NCBI GenBank assembly: GCA_018398765.1
Contig: JAHBMJ010000096.1
Span: 1 to 57,231, forward strand
Source of the DNA: Chromera velia
Lineage: Eukaryota
Direction of reading: 5' to 3'
DNA length: 57,231 nt
Part shown: in pieces, positions 22,571-34,024 of the stretch
Position numbering within the stretch: position 1 is the first letter of the stretch
Layout of the letters: each line of letters begins with the position of its first letter
Notes under the pieces: generated by a model
The model's database searches: none
What the model was told of the DNA's origin: nothing
What the model saw: only the letters and a program-made list of their open reading frames with translations
Position numbers and translations under genes: made by a program

Positions 22571-22647
22571 ATTTTAGCCCATAGATGTATATATGATGAT
22601 AGTAGTATGATATGATGATGATAAGTAGTAGTATATGATGATGATAG

Positions 22648-22743
22648 TAGGTATCAATTTTTTAAAATTGGGAGTTACTGGCGGTAAAAAATTGGTAGTA
22701 CTACTAATTCGATGCCCAATTCAACTCTCAATTCATTAGGGTG
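22648..22743. repeat. Additional copy of the fold-back element's terminal ~95 bp
   Basis: taggtatcaattttttaaaattgggagttactggcgg...attcattagggtg matches 14787-14879 directly and 14311-14405 in inverted orientation. Confidence 0.85.
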
Positions 22744-24615
22744 GGGAATGGACTACGAGTTCTTCGTTCTGTTGAAAATGCTGACAGAAGGGGCTAACAG
22801 AAAGGGAGAAGGGGAAGAAGGAGGAAAGGAGGATTAAAACACAAGCTTTCCGGTCTTCTCTACCGTAGAGAACGTGCTGAAGGCCTCTTTTCAAAAAGAG
22901 CTCAAAGTAAAAAAAAGACTGACAGAGAAGGCCATAGCATGAAAGAGGCGCTGCAGACTGAGGTAACACAACAAGCTAACCATACTTTGAGGACATGTGG
23001 GGCCGGTCCCATATTTTTTTCAAGTTAGCCTGTGACAAAAGCTACAATATAGCTCCAAACAGAGCTGATTCAATATAAAGAGGGACTAACATATAGAAAC
23101 TCTCTCAAGTTGTTTAGCAAGTTATGAACATATTAACTTTATTTGCATGATTATTAAATTGTATCATAAAATTAACAATATTACTTGTAAAAAATATATT
23201 TTGTTTTCAATATTTTTTAATAGTTATACATAGTGTATTATTCTTTTTTCTACTCAGGCTGATAAGTTGACGGATACATATTACGCATATGTAAACACAA
23301 TATACATAGATTAAATATAAATCTAGATATGAATTAATAAGGGTTTAAAGTCTAGTTTACAGTTTTTAGTCTTTTGAAGATTTTAATACCATGTCTAGTA
23401 CCATGTGCACTACTAGGTGCACTATTTAAATTGCATTGATCAACTGTATTTTCTGACTTCCATGCACCCTGTCAGACGTTTGCGGAGTGTTAGCTTTCAA
23501 CATCCTCTGCAGGAGGCGAAAAGATCGAGCGGTTTCGATCCAAAGGGCCTGCATGTGAATTGTCGAAATCATAGGCAAAGTCCATATTAATCTCGGATGG
23601 CCTATGCATGCTAACTCACACAAATGCATGCCAATGCCACAAAAACAAATGCATGGCACGCCGCGGCGGCGCGGACGAAAGCAAAACAGAGGCGCATGGT
23701 GCACGCCCGCCCTTCACCATGCGCCAACCGACATAAAATTGCAGCCGTCCTAAGTGTAGCTACAAAACTCAAATTCTCTCTTTCAAAGCCGATCGCGAAG
23801 GTGACCAAGACCGGCTGCTAAAAGCAAACCAAAAGTGATGCGATGGATGTCACGCAAAAGAAAACCGCACTCCTGCAATTCTTTCCACATACCACACAAA
23901 ACTGCAATAAACAAAGAATCGGGACATAATAAAAAAAGAAACGCACGCAAAATATGAGAACGCAAAGTGTCAAGAAGACGATGTGCAGGAACAGCTGATC
24001 GCGCATGAGCGTAGCGAGGAAAGAGAAGAGGAGCCTTCACTCCACCAGCTAGCAAAGACACACGATAGCGATTGGGGTCCTTCGGCAACAAAAACAAGCG
24101 GGTACAGCAGTCGCATGGACGAAGCTCGAACTGCAGAAAAGTGTTCGAATTTTGCTCCTCAAGCACACATTCAACAGCATAAAAATCCTCCCTACGAAGA
24201 CTTGCACATATGTGATCTTTTTCTAAAGCAAAGGGAAGGCGAGCAACCAGGAGCCGATCATCCATCCATCTTCGCACCACACGCTTACTGCCTGACAAGG
24301 AGCTAAACTAATCAAAAAATAAATGAAACTGTATATCTAGCTACGCATGCAGTTTACTGCAAAGTCAAACAGTGTACCACATTTTACTATCTTACTGCTC
24401 CAAGCCCTAGTCCAAGCCATCTATGAGCGATGTTGTGACCCACCAAATGACTCATAAGCAGGTCACCGGTTTTCAAAGTTTCATGATGTACTATTAAAAC
24501 GCAACATCAATATATTTAGATAAACAACGCTGGCAATCATTAATTTTTTAAAAATTATAACACGTATAAGCCAAAACGTCGTTAAGGACGTTTTCAATCA
24601 ATCACGCACGGCGCG

Positions 24616-26846
24616 TTACGCTTCCGTGTCCGACTCCTCTAGCAGCCATCTGTGTCCAAAAGAATCCATACGAGAGAGCTGCTCGCCAACGGAGAGCTCT
24701 AGGGAGGATGAAAATTCAAAGTTTGAATCCTGCAAGGAACTCCCTAAGAATTGATGCTGCTGATGAAGGAGAGGAAGCTGCTCTTCCACTTGACGGTTTT
24801 GTGCAACGGCCCCAGGAGCAGCCTGAGAAGGGGGGGAGGCTTCCGACCTCCCCAGACCTAGATCTAAACTCCGTCTCCCTTCTCTCACCGAATTCACTCC
24901 GGAAGATTCCCCGACAGATTGCAGAATCGAACTGCTCAAATGACGCCCGTGGAGAGATGAGATGTCCACTTGATGGACAGGAGATTGCCCCCCTCTCGAG
25001 CTGTCTGTCGCCTGCATATTCTGTGCAGTCACTGTAGCAGTCTCTGCATCCTGACGGTCACCATCAAGGATGTCCGTCTCTGCCATCACGTTGCTCCCGT
25101 CTCCTATCAGTGCACTGGCTGAAGTTGGGGGAAGCAGCTGTTGAGGCCTTCTACTTGCCCCAAAGGCAGCCGAGGCCGTGGCTGCTGCGGGAAGCATGAC
25201 AACCCCACGACCGGCAGAATAATTCGAAAACGTCTCTAAACCCTCGAAATCAGTCGTTCCCCCCCCTACACCTGTGTCAAGCCCCAGAAGTGCGGGGGCA
25301 GATGGAGCGTTGGGTAGACCCGAATTCCCCCCTCCATTTCCCTGTCCCTGGCTTGGCTGCTCATTTTCATTTGGAGCAGCTGTCCGCCTTTCCTGTCTCA
25401 TCGGATAGGGTGGAGGACGGGATCTCCACGTCTGCGTTGTCTGCTGCTGGGCAAGCGTGGGGCCCTGGGGGGGGGAGTCTTGGGACCTGGGCCCGCCGTC
25501 TTGTGGTGAGAAGGTGAGGATGGAAGTGGACTGTTCTCCCTCGTGGGCGTAGAGGGAGGACAAAACTGCTCCTGTGTGGTTCCTGTCTCCCTGTATGTTT
25601 TGGGATTGGGGCCTCATGGAGTGCTGCCAGTGGAGGGCCATCATCTGTTGCTGCCTGATGATGAGAATCCGCAGAGCGTCCATCTCTCTTTGGAGGTTCA
25701 TCTGACGAGCTAGAACCTCCTGCATGTCTCGGGATTTCGCTCCTCCCTGCATGCGTGACGCAATGAGGCATGCAAGCAAGAGAGGATGAAAAGGTGGATT
25801 TAGGTAGTTTGAAACAAATGTGCACAAATTCTACGACTTTGTTGACTTCCTTCTGCGTGTGTGGAAATTTGTGGATAGATGCGATGACCCCTGTAATTTG
25901 GTTGGCCGTCATTCATTCATTCATTCATTCATTCATTCATTCATGTAGCCAGTCAGTCATAGAAACTCGATTGCGGTCGACTGAAGGTGCAGAGAGGTAG
26001 CAGAAGGCATCGGCATGATCGAGGCTTTGCACGCATGGAATGACAACTCATAGAGAACATACAATTCCCACCATTAAGTAGCGAAGAGTCTGAAGATACA
26101 CATCGTTCTGTCTTGGTCCTCCCCTCTGTGACAAGTGCGAACACTTCGATTGTCCTTTCTCCTTCTTTCTTTGCCAGACTGACTGTCAAAGGACAGGTCG
26201 GTCGGTCGGTAGGTCGGTCTGTGTGCCTATTGGTCTATCTATCTATCTGTTTAAGTGACTGACTGACCTTCATTTCCTGCATCCGATGAATAAGCTCGTC
26301 CAGGTCCACACACAAAGTCCTCTCAGCTGCCGCCATCCCCGCAGGGCCCAGAGTGGCCGGACCTACAGAGGACCGCCGTCTCATCGACAGTCTCGAATCC
26401 TCTATGCCCGTCTCTAGGGCCTGCATCTGTATCAGCTGGTTTTGGGGATTGTACAGAGACTGCATTGACATCAACCCACCAGACCCTGGCCCCGCACTGG
26501 CACTCGCACGGAGTCCCGTGGCTCGTGTGCTGTTCCTCGGGGTCCCCTGGTTGCCCCCTCCATGGTGGTCGTGTTCGTGCACAGTCGGGAGCTGCTGGGT
26601 GGGTTGTGTCTGCATTGGGGGTGACCCTTGTGCTGCGTCGTTTTGGCCTCCTGAGGGTATCACTTCGGGGGCACTCTGTGAACGGGGGGGGCGTGCATCT
26701 GGGGGGATGAGGTCCGATATCCTGACCTCTTGTGCGAGCATGTAGAAGAGCCAGTCGAGATCGCTTGATCTGATCTTGTAGACCTCCATGATGCGCTGCA
26801 CCCACACACATGCACAAGAGGGGAATTGGATGATTGGAGAAAAGAA

Positions 26847-26877
<31 letters not shown>

Positions 26878-29800
26878 CCGTGTTTTGAATTCTCCGGTCA
26901 ACAATGGGCCCCCAACTCCATGATCTACTATCATCCATATGAAAACCAATAAACGCTTTGTCTATATACATTCGCAAAGTGCAAACAGACCGAAGAATTT
27001 TATGTCCTCAGACACACACACCGATTCAAAAAAGGGGATGCCTGACAGTGAAGTCTGATTAGATCAAAAGGGTTCCATCACCACAAGTTCATAGCCATTT
27101 CTTCTAACAGTCTAAAAAGGCAGCCTTCCATTGAATTAAGGGCAATCGACCTGAGCTTTGTACTCGATTCCTCTCCTATCCAACCACTGCAGGAGACGTA
27201 CCTGCATAATGTCCCATTTGCGTATTTGTCTCAGTTGGCTTTCCACCACGACGAATCGAGGAGGTTTCGTACGCGCAGCAGGGGGTGCCTCTGCCCCAGT
27301 GGCACCGATACCGACACCGACGGCTGCCGCAACACTCGCAGGAAAACCGGACCATGATCCTCCTCCTGCTCCTCCCCCCCCTCCCCCACCTGTTGCTCCT
27401 GAAGCAGCCCCGCCTGCCTCTCCCGTTCTCTGTCTTTGGAAGAGTCCCCCTACCCCTCTCACAGCCCACCGGCCCGCAGAACTAACGGGAGAGAAGATAT
27501 CCATGATGCCCCCACCCCCCCCTCCACCCTGTGGTCCTCCCGGATTTGCCGGGGCACTTGCATTGGGCGTCGCTGACGGTGGGGGCCCGGAAGTGCCGTC
27601 TCCCTGGGTGTCTGTTGGGCTCTCAACGTTGATATTGGGAGACGGTGAGGGACTGGGGTTGGGGTTGCCTCTGGGGGGGGACCTAGGTCGTGTGAGGGAC
27701 CCGGCACGCCTCGCTGGGGAAAGGGAGAGCCCCGATCTTGGGGGGCGTCTGTAAAGGAGGTGGCCGTATTGGGAGATCAGATACTTTCGAAGTTTCTTCA
27801 GCTCTCTGCGCTTCTCGAGGGCAACCAACTCCTCGTTCTCCCTTGCCAACTGCAGGCAGGCAGGCAGGCAGGCAGGCAGGCGACACAGAAAAAAGCTAGT
27901 GGAAGTTTCGCTTCAGAAAAAGAAGAAGATAATATATTCACTCTTTGTACAGGAAACTGATAACTTTCCTGTCGCAGAAGGAAAAGAAAAAGTGGACCGA
28001 AACACACAGCAGAGCAATGCATCGACTGGAGGGGTGCACTACGCTCCAAACTAAGGAGGGCAGGCACGACTTCACGATGGAGCGCTCCTGGTTGGTGCCT
28101 TCCTCCACCTGCAAACTCTTTTTGAGCCGACACAAGAAGAACCTTTCTGTCTCTCCACATTTTGTACAGTTCCAACTGTCAATTAACTGACCATGACTGC
28201 TGACTCGACCAGCACGGCAGTCAGGAGGTTGCCGAGTGCGTACACGACGAACCAGATGTACGCACAGAAAAAGAACCACATGTACGGGTTCACGTCCAAC
28301 ACAGGCTGCACGACGTCCGGCCACCCTTCCAGCGTCATGATCTGAAACAGAGATTGGATGCTGTACACCAGAGACCCGAAACGGGCCTGCAAGAAGAAGA
28401 ACAGACAGACAAGCAGGGAGGCAGGGAGGCAAAGAAACAAAAGACCGGAAGGAAGCGATACAGAATGGAGGTATGCAAGTATATGCACAGTAACACAAAC
28501 CCCTTTGCGCAAGCAACAGGGCGCACAACCCCCCCCAACAGACACAGAAAACCTCGCTCAGAGAGGGACAGAAAGATGGCAGGCACGTTTACAATACAAC
28601 GACGCGAGTGGATGCTCTCACCGGAATAGGCAGATAGAAAAGCTTGCCGACAGAAGCACACGAAGCGCTGGAGTAAGACAGACACACAGATACAAGCAAC
28701 AGAACGACAAACGAACGTACGTGAGGGGAATTGATTCCATCGTATCCCGTCTCGCTGTCGCTGTATGCCCCGTCCTGTCCAATCACGGTAGTGGCTGCAC
28801 ATGTACAGACATTCATTTAGGGAACTAGGTAAAGAACGACGACGTTCCTTGCACAGCAACAGGTTGCCTGCCGGTTTGTACTGATTGTGAACCAAAAGAG
28901 CAGAACGGTGGAGGCGACAGAAGGTTCAATTGCTTTGTTGACATCTCTGTGCTTCTCGTGTTTGTCAACAGATTAACTAGGGTTGTGTGCCTCGAGGAAA
29001 ACAAACAAAAGTGTAAAACGAAAAAGAAAGATGAAGTCACAAAGCCCACACGAGAGGGTCACACCTTTGGCACAAGCATTTGGAACAGTGTGCACACAAA
29101 TAAATAAATGCAATCCCTCGACAGACGGACCGAAGATTGCAAATAGAAAGATGATCAGGAACGATATGGAGACGCCCCACATCAGCGTCCTAAGAGAATA
29201 CAGGAGCCCCCGGACCAACAGCCAGAGCTCGAAGAAGAACGGGAAAACCGAAATCACACGAACTGCAGCAGCTAGCCGAAGAATCTGCAGACAGAAAAAC
29301 AAAATCACAACAGTCACCCTCAGCAATGCTAAAAGGAGGTCTTGCGGGGCACACAAAGACACGAATCTTTCCCTCAGTGTCTGGCACTCAGTCGGAAGAA
29401 AGAAATCAAAGCTCCGTTGTCTTCCCCCACCCCTCCCCCACTGACCCTCAAAGAGCTGATTTTACGACAAGCTGACGCCCCAGGAGAGCGAAACCCTGAA
29501 ACACTTCCCGCAAGAACATACGAGAGGGAAGCCGTTACCACTACAATGACGTCCAGTCGATTGTAGACATCCTGAATGTACTGCCTTCTCAGAACAACGC
29601 ACTTGATGGTGATCTCTGTCACATACAGGATCAGACATGAATCCTGTATCCACAGCAGACTAGATAGTGCCGAGGGCGTAAGTCTTTGCCGCAATTGCGA
29701 CGTCTCCACAATTGTGGCGATCGCATTGAGGCCAATGATCACCCAAATGATCAACTCTAAGGTCCAACTGATTAAGAAGCGCCGGAGTTTTCTGGTCTCC

Positions 29801-30090
29801 TGCGCATTCTCAAATTCCTGAAATGGGTCTTCATTCAGTTTTCTCCGAATTTTCTGATACACCCTTGGATCGTCTGTCTGTCGGGGCGTTACAGCGTCTT
29901 GTGGATTGTTTGGAGCAGAAGCCTGTCCAGCTTGTGGAGGCGGTGCAAGCGTGCCGACTGGAAGCTCCACCTCCGTGATCTGCACACTCTGTGCGAGGGA
30001 GGCCCGGCCGTCCGCAGGGTCCCCTCCCAGGCGGGAAGAGACCCCGCTCGGGTACCTGGAGAAGGAATTCTGCGGTCCTACCGCTGCCAT
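24616..30090 (-). CDS. Single-domain 6TM voltage-gated cation channel (BacNav/EukCat/CatSper-like), 7 exons
   Basis: Exons 30090-29446, 29284-29131, 28794-28721, 28386-28192, 27849-27202, 26795-26268 and 25746-24616 are all GT-AG and in phase. S1 ELIIWVIIGLNAI, S2 LYVTEITIK, S3 YNRLDVIVV, S4 SSLR|ILRLAAAVRVISVFP, S4-5 ELWLLVRGLLYSLRTL, pore FGSLVYSIQSLFQIMTLEGW, S6 NLLTAVLVES, then a long low-complexity/coiled-coil tail. The start codon is uncertain. Confidence 0.9.
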
Positions 30091-30789
30091 GCTTCCAAAT
30101 TTGAGACTGCCTCTGTTGCCCGCATTGTCTCCACTGGTAAATTGACGAGTGAGAACGAGACTTTGGTACAGAGCGATCTTCTTCCTGTGCCCAGGTCAGT
30201 ACATACACCTGTTCTTTTTGATCGCGTGTCGGAGGATCGATGGAGAAGTTCAGTTTGGGCTGCATGGTCGAAATAAATGGAAATTCGTATGATAGCGGAC
30301 CGAAGTTTTGATGGATATATGCGTACACAATGATGCATGCACCTTAATTTCTGAATGGCTTTTACTGTACCTATAACTGATATATATATATATATGCAGG
30401 ATGCCACTTCCACAGGCTCCAGTGTCATGCCGGGGCCCAGCAAAAAATCGTCTCGACCAAAGCCTCTTAGTATTAATCCTCAGGGCCGTCTTACAAAAAG
30501 ACTGTCTGGAGTCTGGACGATGAAAGTGGAAAGACTATCATGCAAACAGACAGAAAGATAGAAGTGGCGAGTTCGTTATTCAATTAAGCACGAAAGATGA
30601 AAGTGAAGAGAAGTTTAATGTTTGTGTGTTTATCTTCATATATAGGAGTTCTGGTTTGTTCTTATACTATTCCATAACCATTCATAACTATTCAAACCAT
30701 TTTAAGTTCTATCATTTTTTTTTTTCAAAGTTCTTTATCTTTTTTTGTCAAAAGTATTCAAAATTTGGTAAATTACCCATAGTGGTATA

Positions 30790-31200
30790 CCAAGACCAAC
30801 TCAATTTGGCAAACCCATACAGCCAATTACGATTGTGATTGCAAGTGTGAAAAATATTTTTATCGCGCAAACATTTTTTTGAGACTTGCAACATGTTTTT
30901 GATAATATTCGTGAATTCTGTGCAAATTTTCAAGTTCGTACACGCGACACATTACGTTTGCAAAAAATATGAAAATTTAAAATCGGGACTCAATTTTTTG
31001 GGTTTCTGGGGCCGCCTGGCTTTAAATTTTCATATTTTTGGCAAACATAATCGGTTGCGCGTACGAACTTAAAAATTTGCACAGACTTCACAAATATTAT
31101 CAAAAACATGTTACAAGTCTCAAAAGACTGTTTGCGTAATAAAAATATTTTTTATATTTGCAATCGCAATCGTAATCGTGCCAAATTGAGGTGGTCTTAG
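30790..31200. mobile_element. Palindromic MITE with TA TSD (Tc1/mariner-type by inference)
   Basis: TA|CCAAGACCAACTCAATTTGGCA...TGCCAAATTGAGGTGGTCTTAG|TA; the two ~190-bp halves are imperfect reverse complements. Confidence 0.85.
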
Positions 31201-31934
31201 TATATATAAATTATAACTAAAATTACGTAAGTTTACATATTTTTTTTTCCTTTGTTTCTATCTCTAATTTTATATGTCCAGCTACAAATGGGGCTTTAAA
31301 TAAATGCAAGTCTTTTCGGTTTTTCTACTAAGTCTGTCCCCAACAAGAATTTTACAGAAACGTAAACTCACAATGTATTACTATGGTGAATATTAAAAAT
31401 TCTGCTAGAAATTCCTTGTGAGGAAGTCTTTGTTGTTTTTTGTTCAAATATTGTAAACTCCATCCTCCATCCTCTTCCAAATGATTCTGCTTTAAATTTC
31501 ATATTTTAGGAAGGCAAAAACATTCTCTGTGGTCCAGGAAAAGCCAGCATCCAAGCATATGAAAACAGAAAAGAAAACCAGAGAAATGAAACTGGAACAG
31601 ACGTCAGCTTTTGTACGGAATTATCAACCAGACAAGATTTAGAGCATATTGTTTGTTCCAATGAGGGGTCATACATACAGACAGACAAGAAAGATGAAGA
31701 CTAAAAGGTCGTTATATGACGAGACAAGGAAGATGAAAGTGAAGCGGACTTTCTGCAAGTAGACGGGCTAGCAGATAGGATGAAACTGGAGAGGCCCTTA
31801 ACACGCAGGCAGGAAAGATGGAAGCTAGCGGAAAGTAGTCATGCAAGCCGGTAAGATAGATAAAAATGGAGAGTCGTCATGTTCGACAGCGTACGACAGA
31901 AGAAAGTAGAGACCCATCAAGCAAACAAAAAAGA

Positions 31935-33092
31935 AAGATGGAAATATGAAAGTGGAGAGGCCGTCGTGCAAGAAGAAAGAAAAAAAGATGGAAGTGGAGA
32001 GGCCGTCATACAAACAGACAGAGAGACGGAAGTGGAGAGGCCGTCATGCAAACAGATAGAAAGATGAAAGTGGAGAGGCCGTCGTGCAAGAAGACAGAAC
32101 AATTAAAGTGGAGAGGCTGTCATGCAAACAGACAGAAAGATGAAAGTGGAGAGGCCATCATGCAAACAGACAAAAAGATAGAAGTGGAGAGGCCGTCATG
32201 CAAACAGACAGAAAGATGGAAGTGGAGAGGCTGTCATGGAAACAGACAGAAAGATGGATGTGGAGGGGCCATCGTGCAAACAGATAGAAAGATGAAAGTG
32301 GAGAGGCGCCATGCAAACAGACAGAAAGATGAAAGTGGAGAGGCGCTATGCAAACAGACAGAAAGATGGAAGCGGAGAGGCTGTCATGGAAACAGACAAA
32401 AAGATGGACGTGGAGAGGCCGTCGTGCAAACAGACAGAAAGACGAAAGTGGAGAGGTGCCATGCAAACAGATAGAAAGATGAAAGTGGAGAGGCGCCATG
32501 TAAACAGACAGAAAGATGGAAGCAGAGAGGCGCTATGCAAACAGACAGAAAGATAAAAGTGGAAAGCCCGTCATGCAAACAGACAGAAAGATGGAAGTGG
32601 AGAGGCCGTCATGCAAACAGACAGAAAGACAAAAGTGGAGAGGCTGTCATGCAAACAGACAGAAAGATGGAAGTAGAGAGGCCGTCATTGCAAACAGATA
32701 AAAAGATGGAAGTGGAGAGGCCGCCATGCAAACAGACAGAAAGATGAAAGTGGAGAGGTTGTCATGCAAACAGACAGAAAGATGAAAGTGGAGAGGCGCC
32801 ATGCAAACAGACAGAAAGACGGAAGCGGAGAGCCGCCATGCAAACAGACAGAAAGATAGAAGCGGAGAGGCGCCATGCAAACAGACAGAAAGATGAAAGT
32901 GGAGAGGCGCCATGCAAACAGACAGAAAGATGGAAGTGGGGAGGCCGCCATGCAAACAGACAAAAAGATGAAAGTGGAGAGGCTGTCATGCAAACAGGGA
33001 GAAAGATGGAAGTGGAGAGGCCGTCATGCAAAGAGACAGAAAGATGGAAGTGGAGAGGCCGTCATTCAAGCAGGAAAGGTGAAAGTGGAGAG
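31935..33092. repeat. 37-38-bp minisatellite (~30 units)
   Basis: Unit ATGCAAACAGACAGAAAGATG(G/A)AAGTGGAGAGGCCGTC repeated head-to-tail. Degenerate units extend back to ~31670 and also occur at 30518-30610. Confidence 0.95.
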
Positions 33093-34024
33093 AAGTTCAA
33101 CGTCTGCGTGTTTATCTTCATATAGGACTTCTGGCCTGAAGATTTGATCCTCTCACCACGTGTCCAGACAGAAGCTTGATTGAACTGTGTATGCAGAGTT
33201 CGTAACAAGGTCAGTCAAAAAGCTGCTGCTTAGCTGTACGCACAGACGCAGGATTGACTGCAAATTTGGACCTACTGGTGGGCCTGTTACCTCCATCCTC
33301 CAGATGTACAGGAGAATATGCAGCTATGTCTGTCCCATACCAGTTCTTTTTTGCCATCGAAGATAGGTGAGTTCAACTGGAGTAAATGCGGAAGTGTGAA
33401 CTGATGTTCAGCTGGAACAAAGGTCACAAGTTGAACCGAGGAGACGGCTAGCGGAAAGTGACCTCATGCATATTTTTTTTTCCCTATGAAAAACCGAAAT
33501 TCTGAACCCCTCAAATTGAAGTAATATATATGTGCGTACTTGGCCTAGCGTATACTAGATATAGGCTAGCAAAAAGTCAAATTTTCGACTTTGCTACCCT
33601 AGGTTCCTGCAGAGTACCTGCGGAGCGGCCTTCGGGTCTACAAGCAAACTAAAGACTGAGTCGCACGGTGTGCGCGCGGTCTTTTAAAAGCCTGAAAAAT
33701 TTTTGGCACAGTAGTTGCCAGCTAGTTTGCTAGAGCTGAAAGTTAAGACCCACAGTGTGGGGACAGCTCAGGATGTGCATTACTAGACCTTACGAGGCAA
33801 CTCTGCGTCTTCAGGCCTGAAAGGCTATCATTTTTGCAAGTCAGTGCAGCGCCTAGTACCCCAAAGGGCTGCAATGTCGGAAAATGGAGAGAGAGGCCAT
33901 GTGAATGGCGAGGAGGAAAGAGAGCTCCAGCACGAGGAGCAGGAGGTTGCTCAAATACAGGTACGTACTTAGCCTGTGCGCAAACTACGGTGCAATTGAG
34001 AATTTATAAAGCGCAATCACATAT

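Larger units (their letters stand above)
15315..22581. mobile_element. Full-length Plavaka-type DNA transposon (TG..CA ends, TA flanks, two divergent genes)
   Basis: TGGGCTAAAA at 15315 and TTTTAGCCCA ending at 22581, with TA on both sides (15313-14, 22582-83). Inverted arrays of ACTATTCC/GGAATAGT subterminal repeats. Plavaka transposase motifs inside. Confidence 0.85.

Noticed and set aside
23400..24345. ORF 23783-24298 and a GC-rich patch as a gene or TIR element
   Set aside because: No recognisable motifs or splice structure, and I could not pair termini or find a TSD.
31935..33092. CRISPR-like array of 37-38-bp repeats, and the overlapping repetitive ORFs (MQTDRKM...)
   Set aside because: Units are head-to-tail with no unique spacers and there are no cas genes. 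The ORFs are by-products of a non-triplet minisatellite.
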